Below are positions 24,486-31,954 of a stretch of 55,762 nt of DNA, one piece after another; within the stretch, counting starts at the first letter, position 1, and each line of letters begins with the position of its first letter. The stretch is taken from contig JAJZTU010000001.1 of the NCBI GenBank assembly GCA_021848765.1, positions 1 to 55,762 on the forward strand. Reading direction: 5' to 3'. The DNA is from Bacillota bacterium (lineage in GTDB: Bacteria; Bacillota; GCA-003054495; Carboxydocellales; JAJZTU01). A program made the translations under genes and the position numbers. The notes beneath the pieces were generated by a model. That model searched no databases and was not told the origin of the DNA. It saw only the letters and a list, made by a program, of their open reading frames with translations.

Positions 24486-24506
24486 ACCGCCTACGGGCGG
24501 TTTTTC
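24486..24506 (+). terminator. Intrinsic terminator (plus-strand cargo operon)
   Basis: ACCGCC-tacg-GGCGGT followed by TTTTTCT. Confidence 0.8.
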
Positions 24507-24518
24507 TCTGCCCAAAAC

Positions 24519-24546
24519 AAAAAAGCCTATCCTGCTGAGGATAGGC
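24519..24546 (-). terminator. Intrinsic terminator ending the long minus-strand late transcript
   Basis: On the minus strand, GCCTATCCT-cagc-AGGATAGGC followed by TTTTTT. It is convergent with the terminator at 24486-24506. Confidence 0.85.
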
Positions 24547-24553
24547 TTAACAA

Positions 24554-24760
24554 TTAGACGTACAGTCTGAACTCCGGAAATCTTTGAGAAAGCATATTCC
24601 AAGAGTCAGGTTTATTCTTTTTAAGCCAAGTAAGTGTATACTGCCGCATAGCATCACCAGTCAACCTTGCTGTTGTGCGCCCCTCAAATCCTTGGTGGCT
24701 GTACCAGTCTAAATAAGGTAATTCGTGCTCGACAATATACGCCCCAATATCCGCTGTCCG
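24554..24760 (-). pseudogene. Frame-shifted 3' continuation of the Cys-rich gene 24709-25155
   Basis: 68 start-less open codons in the -1 frame (..AYIVEHELPYLDWYSHQGFEGR...RFPEFRLYV). They end 8 nt before the terminator stem. Confidence 0.4.
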
Positions 24761-25155
24761 CTAACGGCAATAGCAAACAGAAACGGTGGTTCGGGCGGGT
24801 TGAGTAGGATATTCCGGAATTCCGACCGGCCAGGGTGCTGTAGTTTATCTTTGGTCGCCAGCAAGGAATAGTTACGCAAGCTCCGCTGTCCCAAGCAGAA
24901 AGCACAGCCCTGACACAACGAACTGCTGGTCATGTTCTTGGCCAGGTCTTGGTCGGTGAAGGTGTCTTTAATGCCTTTTTTTGTGGAGATACCCAGCCCT
25001 TTCGTGTGTCCACCGCACAGCCAGCAGGCATCATCTTCAACAGCTATATAATCTAGGTCAGGGTATTCGATAACCTTTTCCCCAGCCCGGATTGGTCCGC
25101 CTCGGAGGGCCGCTTGGCGGATAAATTGAGTATTGGTTATCAGTTCCATCGCCAT
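24709..25155 (-). CDS. Cys-rich hypothetical protein (CxxC...CxxCxxC), apparently truncated
   Basis: 148-aa ORF containing CWLCGG...CQGCAFC. It overlaps the upstream gene by 16 nt. Confidence 0.6.
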   Translation of the reverse strand: MAMELITNTQFIRQAALRGGPIRAGEKVIEYPDLDYIAVEDDACWLCGGHTKGLGISTKKGIKDTFTDQDLAKNMTSSSLCQGCAFCLGQRSLRNYSLLATKDKLQHPGRSEFRNILLNPPEPPFLFAIAVSGQRILGRILSSTNYLI

Positions 25156-25472
25156 CCGCTCCTTTCACCTTTGCCGGGGTTTATGTTCATGCCCGGCAAT
25201 AGGATCGTAGGCACAGTCGGCCAAGCATCAGTTTTTTCGTTGTCTTGTATGACAGGTATGAGATAGTCCACATTTCGATATTTAGCCCGGAAGACAGGGC
25301 ATAGTTGCTTATTGAACGTCTGTGTCTGCACTATCTGTCGGGTGTTCTGCAGAGCGGCCATGATCAGGGAGCGGATAACCCGTGTTGGTAGATCGGCCAC
25401 TCGCTCCCGGAATCGTTGTACTGCATGGGGTGAGACGTAGTATGGTTGCTTAAACCTTCTTGTCCCGTTCAC
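25140..25472 (-). CDS. Hypothetical protein (possible partner of the RHH protein)
   Basis: GTG at 25472 lies 10 nt after AAAGGAGG. The ORF is open up to 25514. Confidence 0.5.
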   Translation of the reverse strand: MNGTRRFKQPYYVSPHAVQRFRERVADLPTRVIRSLIMAALQNTRQIVQTQTFNKQLCPVFRAKYRNVDYLIPVIQDNEKTDAWPTVPTILLPGMNINPGKGERSGWRWN

Positions 25473-25689
25473 TCTCCATTCGCCTCCTTTCTTTGTCGAT
25501 AAGTTCCCGGACAATCTGACTTTTGGACTTTCTGGTAGTGTACGCCTCCTTTCTCAGCCACTCAGCTTGATGCTTCAGAAGTAAAACCTGTTCCCGCTCC
25601 ACTGTTTTCACCGCCTTTCTGCGCACTCGCTTAATTGTGTATCTTCTGAGCAAAAGAAAAAGAGGCTTGCGCCTCGCTAAAAAACCCAC
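25450..25689 (-). CDS. Ribbon-helix-helix-like protein
   Basis: The C-terminal part ..VLLLKHQAEWLRKEAYTTRKSKSQIVRELID fits an RHH. The start is uncertain. Confidence 0.5.
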   Translation of the reverse strand: MGFLARRKPLFLLLRRYTIKRVRRKAVKTVEREQVLLLKHQAEWLRKEAYTTRKSKSQIVRELIDKERRRMESERDKKV

Positions 25690-25731
25690 CGCCTCATTGG
25701 ACAGTGGGCCTTTAATTCTTGAACTATCGCA

Positions 25732-25998
25732 CTATATAATCCCTTTCGCCTTCCACTCATCAAAGAACCTTGTATACCCTTTCCCGGCATCAGCAGCAAC
25801 CAAAGCAGCGTACTTGTCAACAATAGCGGCATCATTCATAATTGCGCCGAAAAAGGCTTCAAAGCAATATGGTGTCCCATCGTTCATTGCAACTGCTTGG
25901 TATCTGTCGTCAGGGTAACGTTCAAGTATAATGTTGCCCATTTCGTCAACGAGGCCCGCTTGGTTAAGTTTTTGAAGTAATTCGTTCATTTTTATCAT
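25732..25998 (-). CDS. Hypothetical protein (88 aa)
   Basis: A clean ORF with an ATG 8 nt after AGGAGG. Confidence 0.6.
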   Translation of the reverse strand: MIKMNELLQKLNQAGLVDEMGNIILERYPDDRYQAVAMNDGTPYCFEAFFGAIMNDAAIVDKYAALVAADAGKGYTRFFDEWKAKGII

Positions 25999-26004
25999 AT
26001 CCTC

Positions 26005-26538
26005 CTATAAGCCTAATAATTGGGCGCGTACCCGTGCGTAAGTATTAGCTGCAGTAGATGAATTCTTAACATAGAACATTACCCCGTACCCAACCAGAGC
26101 GGCCGCGCCTACACCAAGTGCAGGCCTCCATGCGGTGGTAATTGCTGGCTGGTTAGTTGCCAACACAGTGGCTCCTGAATCTGCATTCAGAGTACTATCC
26201 CGCCTGTTTAGTCCGACATCATATTGTTGGTCGCTTTGGGTTAACGTAACAATATTTCTGACGAATTCTGCATTATCAATCCAACTGCCATACACTATAG
26301 CCCCTGCAGCCATATTCAGCCCCTCAACCACAAGTCCAAGCTCTTGGTATCTGCTTTCTGGTTGTGAACGTAACCGGCCATCCACCACTTCAAGTTCGAT
26401 CACCTGCTCATTGCCATCCCCATCAAGTACAGCTGACCTGTCTGCCAGCACCTTAAGTGCGTACAATTGTACCTTTCCGACTATCTGCTTTCGCAGTGTG
26501 GACAGAAAATCTCCCCGCAATAAAGCCATCAATGCCAC
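26005..26538 (-). CDS. Hypothetical protein with a C-terminal TM segment
   Basis: 177 aa with a hydrophobic stretch ALGVGAAALVGYGVMFYV near the C-terminus. It lies immediately downstream of the holin. Confidence 0.6.
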   Translation of the reverse strand: MALMALLRGDFLSTLRKQIVGKVQLYALKVLADRSAVLDGDGNEQVIELEVVDGRLRSQPESRYQELGLVVEGLNMAAGAIVYGSWIDNAEFVRNIVTLTQSDQQYDVGLNRRDSTLNADSGATVLATNQPAITTAWRPALGVGAAALVGYGVMFYVKNSSTAANTYARVRAQLLGL

Positions 26539-26564
26539 TCTCCTTTCGTGCTAAAACCCGCCGA

Positions 26565-26885
26565 CTACATGCCAGCGGGCTTATCCATATCCTTCGCCTT
26601 CAACGGTGCCTTAATATAGCTATACAACCCGCTCGCCATCAAACCGGTCACAATCCCCGGAGCAATTGCCTTCGTCCAATCAGTGCCGGTTACAAAAGCA
26701 TTAAGCAAACTCAGCACAATTGCCACAGATACAGACAGTGCAGGGGCATATACCTTGTTAAGCCCCTTCTTCTTGGCCAGTTCTACGGCGGCCAGGGTAG
26801 CTGCAGTAATGATGGTCTCCGGGAGGTAGGGCGTTCCCCAAAGGCGCATAAACAGGTCTTGCAGGATTGATACGGTAGTTTCCAT
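26565..26885 (-). CDS. Putative holin
   Basis: 106 aa with three hydrophobic helices and a charged C-terminus. It is adjacent to the endolysin. Confidence 0.6.
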   Translation of the reverse strand: METTVSILQDLFMRLWGTPYLPETIITAATLAAVELAKKKGLNKVYAPALSVSVAIVLSLLNAFVTGTDWTKAIAPGIVTGLMASGLYSYIKAPLKAKDMDKPAGM

Positions 26886-26896
26886 GTTTTCCCCTC

Positions 26897-28129
26897 CTAC
26901 TTCTTCGCCACAGCCTGAATAGCCTCAGCAATCTTCTCGAACATCTTCACCTGAGCCGCAGCCAGCTCCGCCCTGGTAACAGGCTTGTCCGGCTGGAAAG
27001 TTCCGTCAGGATAACCGCTCATCAGTCCCAGTTCTTTTGCTTTCACGATAATGTCATGGGCCCAGTGGCCCTTGATGTCGCTGAATACTTCTTTTTTGTC
27101 AGCCACAGGCTTCTCCTCCTCAAGTTCAATTTTCCGCATCAACGAGGCAATTTTGTCCGCCCACTTTTGGTCAGTGGCATACCGCTTATTCATTCCCCGT
27201 AGCGATGGCCCGTTGCAGTACTTGCCGTCCGGGTTGAGGTAGTTCCGGGCCACGTATTGGGCCACATACTTGATACACTCCTCGAAGCTGGGAAATGCCC
27301 TAGCCGATGCATAAGGACTGCTGTCATAGGCCTGGAAGCCGTACAGGTTGTGCTTGTCCTGTGCAATTTTGCTCCGCCCCCAACCGCTCTCCAGCACCGC
27401 ATGGGCTGTCAAGTAACGGGCCGACACCGCCCACTGCTGCTCAGCCAGTATGAATGCTTTTCCCAGGCCGGCCAGAGGCGTACCGGCCAGAAACTTGTCT
27501 ATTGTCCGGGCGCTCACTCCACTGGGTTTGCGCAAGTCCACATCTGCAAGTGACATGCTATTCCCTCCAATCAGGAAACCAAGAATAAAATCCAAAATAA
27601 CAGGCTCCGGTGGGGGAACTTCATCGAATTCCCACGGCCCGAAGCCCAACAAGTACCTGAAATCCTCTGCAAATACCTCGCCCGGCCTGCGATAATACCA
27701 ATCTTTATCATCGCTGGTCAGCCCGCGAGTAGCCTTGTACTCGGCATATTTCGACTCATCCCAGCCGTCAAATGGGTCTGCATCCAGGAAGCGATAGGCA
27801 AAGACATGCCCCAACTCGTGGACGAAAGTTTGCTCATCGCACCCGGCCCCGACTATCATATGAGTAGCGAATACCTCGGCAATGTAGGACTGCCCCCATA
27901 CTTTGTCCCACTGCCTTAGCGAATACGGCAGGAGGAAGATGGGTATAGACAACCAATTGAGCGGGATTCTGGCGGCCAGTTTGGTCAGGATTTCCTCCGC
28001 TTTGGTCAGGGTCACCGGTGGCTTTGAATCGTCGGTCATGTATCGGACCTGGCCCACATGGTTGAATCGGTATCCGCCATCATGCGGGGTGAGCATTTTT
28101 TTAGCTTGGTCGGCGGTGATTATCTGCAT
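26897..28129 (-). CDS. Multidomain endolysin: HExxH domain + glucosaminidase + SLH
   Basis: It has FVHELGHVF at the N-terminus, a central glucosaminidase domain (ESGWGRSKIAQDKHNLYGF) and a C-terminal SLH motif (FSDIKGHWAHDIIVKAKELGLMSGYPDGTFQPDKPVTRAE). Confidence 0.88.
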   Translation of the reverse strand: MQIITADQAKKMLTPHDGGYRFNHVGQVRYMTDDSKPPVTLTKAEEILTKLAARIPLNWLSIPIFLLPYSLRQWDKVWGQSYIAEVFATHMIVGAGCDEQTFVHELGHVFAYRFLDADPFDGWDESKYAEYKATRGLTSDDKDWYYRRPGEVFAEDFRYLLGFGPWEFDEVPPPEPVILDFILGFLIGGNSMSLADVDLRKPSGVSARTIDKFLAGTPLAGLGKAFILAEQQWAVSARYLTAHAVLESGWGRSKIAQDKHNLYGFQAYDSSPYASARAFPSFEECIKYVAQYVARNYLNPDGKYCNGPSLRGMNKRYATDQKWADKIASLMRKIELEEEKPVADKKEVFSDIKGHWAHDIIVKAKELGLMSGYPDGTFQPDKPVTRAELAAAQVKMFEKIAEAIQAVAKK

Positions 28130-28133
28130 AATA

Positions 28134-28343
28134 TCACCCTTTCTTGAGTAGGAAAAACAGTAACTGCGTCACAAAGCTTATGGCGATACCGCCAGCCGCT
28201 GTCATCATCCAGAACTGTAATTTGTCAACCTTCTCCTCCACCCGGTGGATAGCGCCATTTTGTGATTTCTGCCAACCCTTCAAATCTGTCACTTCTTGAT
28301 CAAGCCTAATTACTGCTTCGCATTTGGTTTCGCATACCGCCAT
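28134..28343 (-). CDS. XhlA-like lysis-associated membrane protein
   Basis: ATG at 28343 follows GGGAGGG. It has a coiled-coil N-terminus and a single C-terminal TM segment (MMTAAGGIAISFVTQLLFFLL). Confidence 0.5.
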   Translation of the reverse strand: MAVCETKCEAVIRLDQEVTDLKGWQKSQNGAIHRVEEKVDKLQFWMMTAAGGIAISFVTQLLFFLLKKG

Positions 28344-28389
28344 CCCCCGCCCTCCCTTGGTAATAAAATTACCCCGCTCGGCACGGGGC

Positions 28390-28899
28390 TTATAATGTTG
28401 TAAATATACTCTCTGCTCTGGCTCGTAGACTATCGGCAGTAACATCTACCACGTCCAAGGCAGTTTCATCAGTGGCTGTGAGTATAGCAGTTTCTGTCTC
28501 ATCCACGGCCGACCTGACGGCTTTCACCCAATTGATAATAGATGTAGTGGTGGCGGCATCATAGATGGCCATGCCTACATTGCGCTGTTTATAATCCGGC
28601 GCGCGTTCGAACGCTACCCCTGGGGCTACCTGGGTCTTGAAAGCGGCCAGTTTCCGCTGCTTAAGCACATCCAGACTCGGCGGTGCTTTTGGTGTAAAAA
28701 CAAGCTGTCCGTTTTGCAGTTCTACATCATTTTGCAAGATTTGTTCAATGATAGCAGGGTCTTTTTCAACCCAGGATACTTCACCGGCTTTGGCTTCGTC
28801 AGAGTTGCCGTCTGGTATAGTGCTGTTACTCATCATACGCAGTTTTTTCCCGGTAACCTCATCAAAAACTATTTGTATACTATTTGACATCGAGTACAC
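28390..28899 (-). CDS. Hypothetical tail-fibre-associated protein
   Basis: 169-aa ORF immediately downstream of the fibre-like gene. Confidence 0.55.
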   Translation of the reverse strand: MYSMSNSIQIVFDEVTGKKLRMMSNSTIPDGNSDEAKAGEVSWVEKDPAIIEQILQNDVELQNGQLVFTPKAPPSLDVLKQRKLAAFKTQVAPGVAFERAPDYKQRNVGMAIYDAATTTSIINWVKAVRSAVDETETAILTATDETALDVVDVTADSLRARAESIFTTL

Positions 28900-28902
28900 C
28901 TC

Positions 28903-30042
28903 CTATACAGCCATCCAATGGAGTTTATCAATACGAAGTGTCTGTGCAGCGCCGGTATCCGTGTTCGAGAACACCATCACCAAGTTTGTTCCGGAAATAT
29001 AGCATTCAGTGCAACGGATAGTTGCTCCAAAACCCTCTGCTACATAGCCAAGTTCAGACCGCAAAGTACTACGCGTAAAGTCGTTGTTTACATCAATTAC
29101 CCAAAATGCAACTGTTTCGAGATTATTTGCAGTACAAACAATTTCACCACCCATATAATCAGATATAGTGGTTACTCCCGCATAGCCATTCCATAATATC
29201 CTAACTTGGCTTTTCGAGGTCCCAATGGGAATATTGAGCGTATACGTTCCAGAAGCAACTATGCTGGTCGTGGTGTCTGAGTATGTGCCGGTGGCAATTA
29301 TGTCGCTTTTATTGCTAGCGTGGTAGACGGTGTTGCCATTGTATTGTAACGTGCCGTCAGGATGAAAAGTAATGTATCCCTGGTCAGTAATATCAGTTCT
29401 CCGCAGAATATCTATTGCCGCAGTAGACCATCCAACACCGTCAGCTGTTCTACGTAACCTTGCAATAAGCCTAACTGAATTTCCGTCAACCCCAGCCGTG
29501 ACTTCATTTAATTCAATTGTGCTGCCCACCGCGGTTCCTAGGTCACCGAGCAATGTTGTTAATTTTCCCGTCATCGTGTCTCCGGCTTTGTTGATTGCCA
29601 CATACGGCATCTGCGAATACGCAAACGGATACAGCACTCTTGCATCCGCGGTGCTGGAAATAGAGCTAGCCCCGGCCACAGCTGTACAGATTTTCACACT
29701 GTCCGCCGGTGCTACCCCGGTAGTGTTTACCTCGAACACCGCCCCAGTGACATTCTGGCTGGCATCTTTGGTCAGCTTAAGATAGATGTGGTTAGTCGCA
29801 TTGGCCGTGCAGGTCACGGTGGTAGCAGTGTCGATGTCGACCCGGCGGCCATCTATGCAGGCTTGGCCGAGCGCTATGCTCAAAGTGAGGTCTACGCTAG
29901 ATGCGGGAACGGTGAAGCCGGAGACGACGAAGTTTTGGGCAATGAGCGCTTTTAGCCAGGCGATGAGGTTGGCTTCTGTTATGGTTTTGCCGGAGCCGGC
30001 GCTCCCGACGTCGTTAACAGTTGGGAAAACTTTTGTAGCCAT
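28903..30042 (-). CDS. Putative tail fibre / receptor-binding protein
   Basis: 379 aa, rich in T/S/G/N and beta-type sequence. It occupies the distal position of the tail module. Confidence 0.55.
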   Translation of the reverse strand: MATKVFPTVNDVGSAGSGKTITEANLIAWLKALIAQNFVVSGFTVPASSVDLTLSIALGQACIDGRRVDIDTATTVTCTANATNHIYLKLTKDASQNVTGAVFEVNTTGVAPADSVKICTAVAGASSISSTADARVLYPFAYSQMPYVAINKAGDTMTGKLTTLLGDLGTAVGSTIELNEVTAGVDGNSVRLIARLRRTADGVGWSTAAIDILRRTDITDQGYITFHPDGTLQYNGNTVYHASNKSDIIATGTYSDTTTSIVASGTYTLNIPIGTSKSQVRILWNGYAGVTTISDYMGGEIVCTANNLETVAFWVIDVNNDFTRSTLRSELGYVAEGFGATIRCTECYISGTNLVMVFSNTDTGAAQTLRIDKLHWMAV

Positions 30043-30055
30043 CTAATGCACCTCC

Positions 30056-30538
30056 TTAACCGGCCACGGCATTGACATTGATATCCCATGTAAATGTCGC
30101 CGTGATGCTCGTTGTCTTAATAATCGGCTGAAATATCACTCTGGCCGCAAGTGTACCGCCCGACCCAGCATTCCACAGGCCCGCTTCCTGCAGGGTATTG
30201 CCATTTGCGGATGTTGAACCTAGATAATACTGGATTGTCAGTTTGCCAGAATCTGGGGTGCGCTTTGTGACTACATCCCGGAACGCTTCTGCTCCCAAGG
30301 CAGTATCGTTGGCCGTTGGCGCCGTATTGCTAGTACCAACCGCAAAGTGACTAATCGTTCCGGTGGCAGGCGTGCCGTTCATGATATCTCTTATAAGATT
30401 CCTATAAACCAGGGTGATAAGGTTATGTCGTTTCTCCTGTCGTAACAACTTTCCGGTTTCGGCATCATGAATTTCAATAGTCACGTTTACGGGCAGTTCA
30501 ACAGTATCGGCACTTTGCTGTTTTTTATGTTTCTTCAT
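30056..30538 (-). CDS. Hypothetical tail-tip protein
   Basis: 160-aa ORF whose start abuts the stop of the upstream tail gene. Confidence 0.55.
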   Translation of the reverse strand: MKKHKKQQSADTVELPVNVTIEIHDAETGKLLRQEKRHNLITLVYRNLIRDIMNGTPATGTISHFAVGTSNTAPTANDTALGAEAFRDVVTKRTPDSGKLTIQYYLGSTSANGNTLQEAGLWNAGSGGTLAARVIFQPIIKTTSITATFTWDINVNAVAG

Positions 30539-31954
30539 CTATGACACCTCCGAAAAACCTACGATAGCTGTTCCGACTTCAGCTGCAGCATAGGCGCTGG
30601 TTGTTACCGTGAGCGTGTCAGATACGACTATTGTATCCGTAGACCTGCGCAACAGGATAAGTACCTCGTTCTCTCGGATGACAAACTTCCTGCCAGCTTC
30701 TGCCAGCTTTTTGAAGAAGTCGACCCAGGATCCAAGGCTCTCGCCGTCCAATGCTCTCACTCTGTACCGCAAGAACTTGCCTTCAACGTCCCAGGCCGTC
30801 ACGCTGTCGATCAAGAATTGAGCATTAAGGTTGTGCTTGGTTACGTTGATGGTGATTAGCTGACCTGCTGCAAGCCCCGCCGTATCGGTTTCAAATTCCA
30901 CTATCCGGGGTATCCGTCCGAATCTCCTCAGAAGGCCGTCTGCTTTTTGGGTGGCCAAGTTTTCGCTGTCTATGCTCTGGTCATCTTCGATGGACTCATA
31001 GACACCGGTGCCACCCTCTACGGCTTGCCTACTGCTTATTTCTGAATCACTTTGCGAAACCAGGATAATGGGGAATAAACCCTGGTAAGTGACATCCAGG
31101 ATGTCAGTACTAGCTAAGGGAGTTGCAGCATCATCTTGGGTGATTTCCTTCTCTCCCTTTGACCAGTAGAAGTCCTTTCCTGTTTCAAGGCCTCGGATGC
31201 CCACGGTTTTGGTAACGGCGTTAACCTTCACCGTAGGGACTTTGGCTACCTCAAAGTTAAGTACAAAGGCCTTATCCTTGTCATTGCCTTTGAAACTATC
31301 CGTCCTGGGGTCGGTTATGTCCTGTCCTGCCCGGATGTATTGCTTATTCCGGTACTGCCCCCTGGTGGTCTTTACTGACATGTTCCGGAAGTTCTTGCTG
31401 GTGTCGGTCAAGGAGAACGGGGCCAGGTTAGTCTCCCTTGTGAAAAAGGCTAAATCCTTGCTGTAGTCGATATTCCAGGCATATCCTGTTAGCTCGGCCA
31501 GGTCGTTGAATGCCTCTGTCGCCGTCCGGTAGTTGAATACTGCCTTGGTAATCGTCGGCCCATCCTGGACTTTAGTTGTAGTTATACCCTCACCGGCTAA
31601 ATCCTGAGTGACAATATCCCGGACGATATTGCCAAGAGTTTGGTTTTCGTACACCCTGGCTACTAAATGCCGGTCCGGGATCTGGTTGTAATCTACGCAA
31701 GAACAATCGAAACGCAGGGCGTTATTCCCTGGTATGGCTTCTTCATCTGGTTCATCGATGGTTCCTGCAAATCTGCGGGTGCCTCCATCTGTGATTATGA
31801 CTTCCTGCCCTACTTCAGGGCGGTAGGTGCCTGCTTTGTCCAGCAATATAAACGAACAGGTGTCCCGGCTATTGAGGGTGTCTGTCAGTTGTAGGCTGTC
31901 CACCCTCAAGAGTGAGGTTTTGTCCACTCCGCCAATTGTCAGCACGATAGCCAT
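30539..31954 (-). CDS. Tail component (distal-tail/baseplate-like, assigned by position)
   Basis: 471-aa ORF abutting the tape-measure stop. Confidence 0.6.
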   Translation of the reverse strand: MAIVLTIGGVDKTSLLRVDSLQLTDTLNSRDTCSFILLDKAGTYRPEVGQEVIITDGGTRRFAGTIDEPDEEAIPGNNALRFDCSCVDYNQIPDRHLVARVYENQTLGNIVRDIVTQDLAGEGITTTKVQDGPTITKAVFNYRTATEAFNDLAELTGYAWNIDYSKDLAFFTRETNLAPFSLTDTSKNFRNMSVKTTRGQYRNKQYIRAGQDITDPRTDSFKGNDKDKAFVLNFEVAKVPTVKVNAVTKTVGIRGLETGKDFYWSKGEKEITQDDAATPLASTDILDVTYQGLFPIILVSQSDSEISSRQAVEGGTGVYESIEDDQSIDSENLATQKADGLLRRFGRIPRIVEFETDTAGLAAGQLITINVTKHNLNAQFLIDSVTAWDVEGKFLRYRVRALDGESLGSWVDFFKKLAEAGRKFVIRENEVLILLRRSTDTIVVSDTLTVTTSAYAAAEVGTAIVGFSEVS

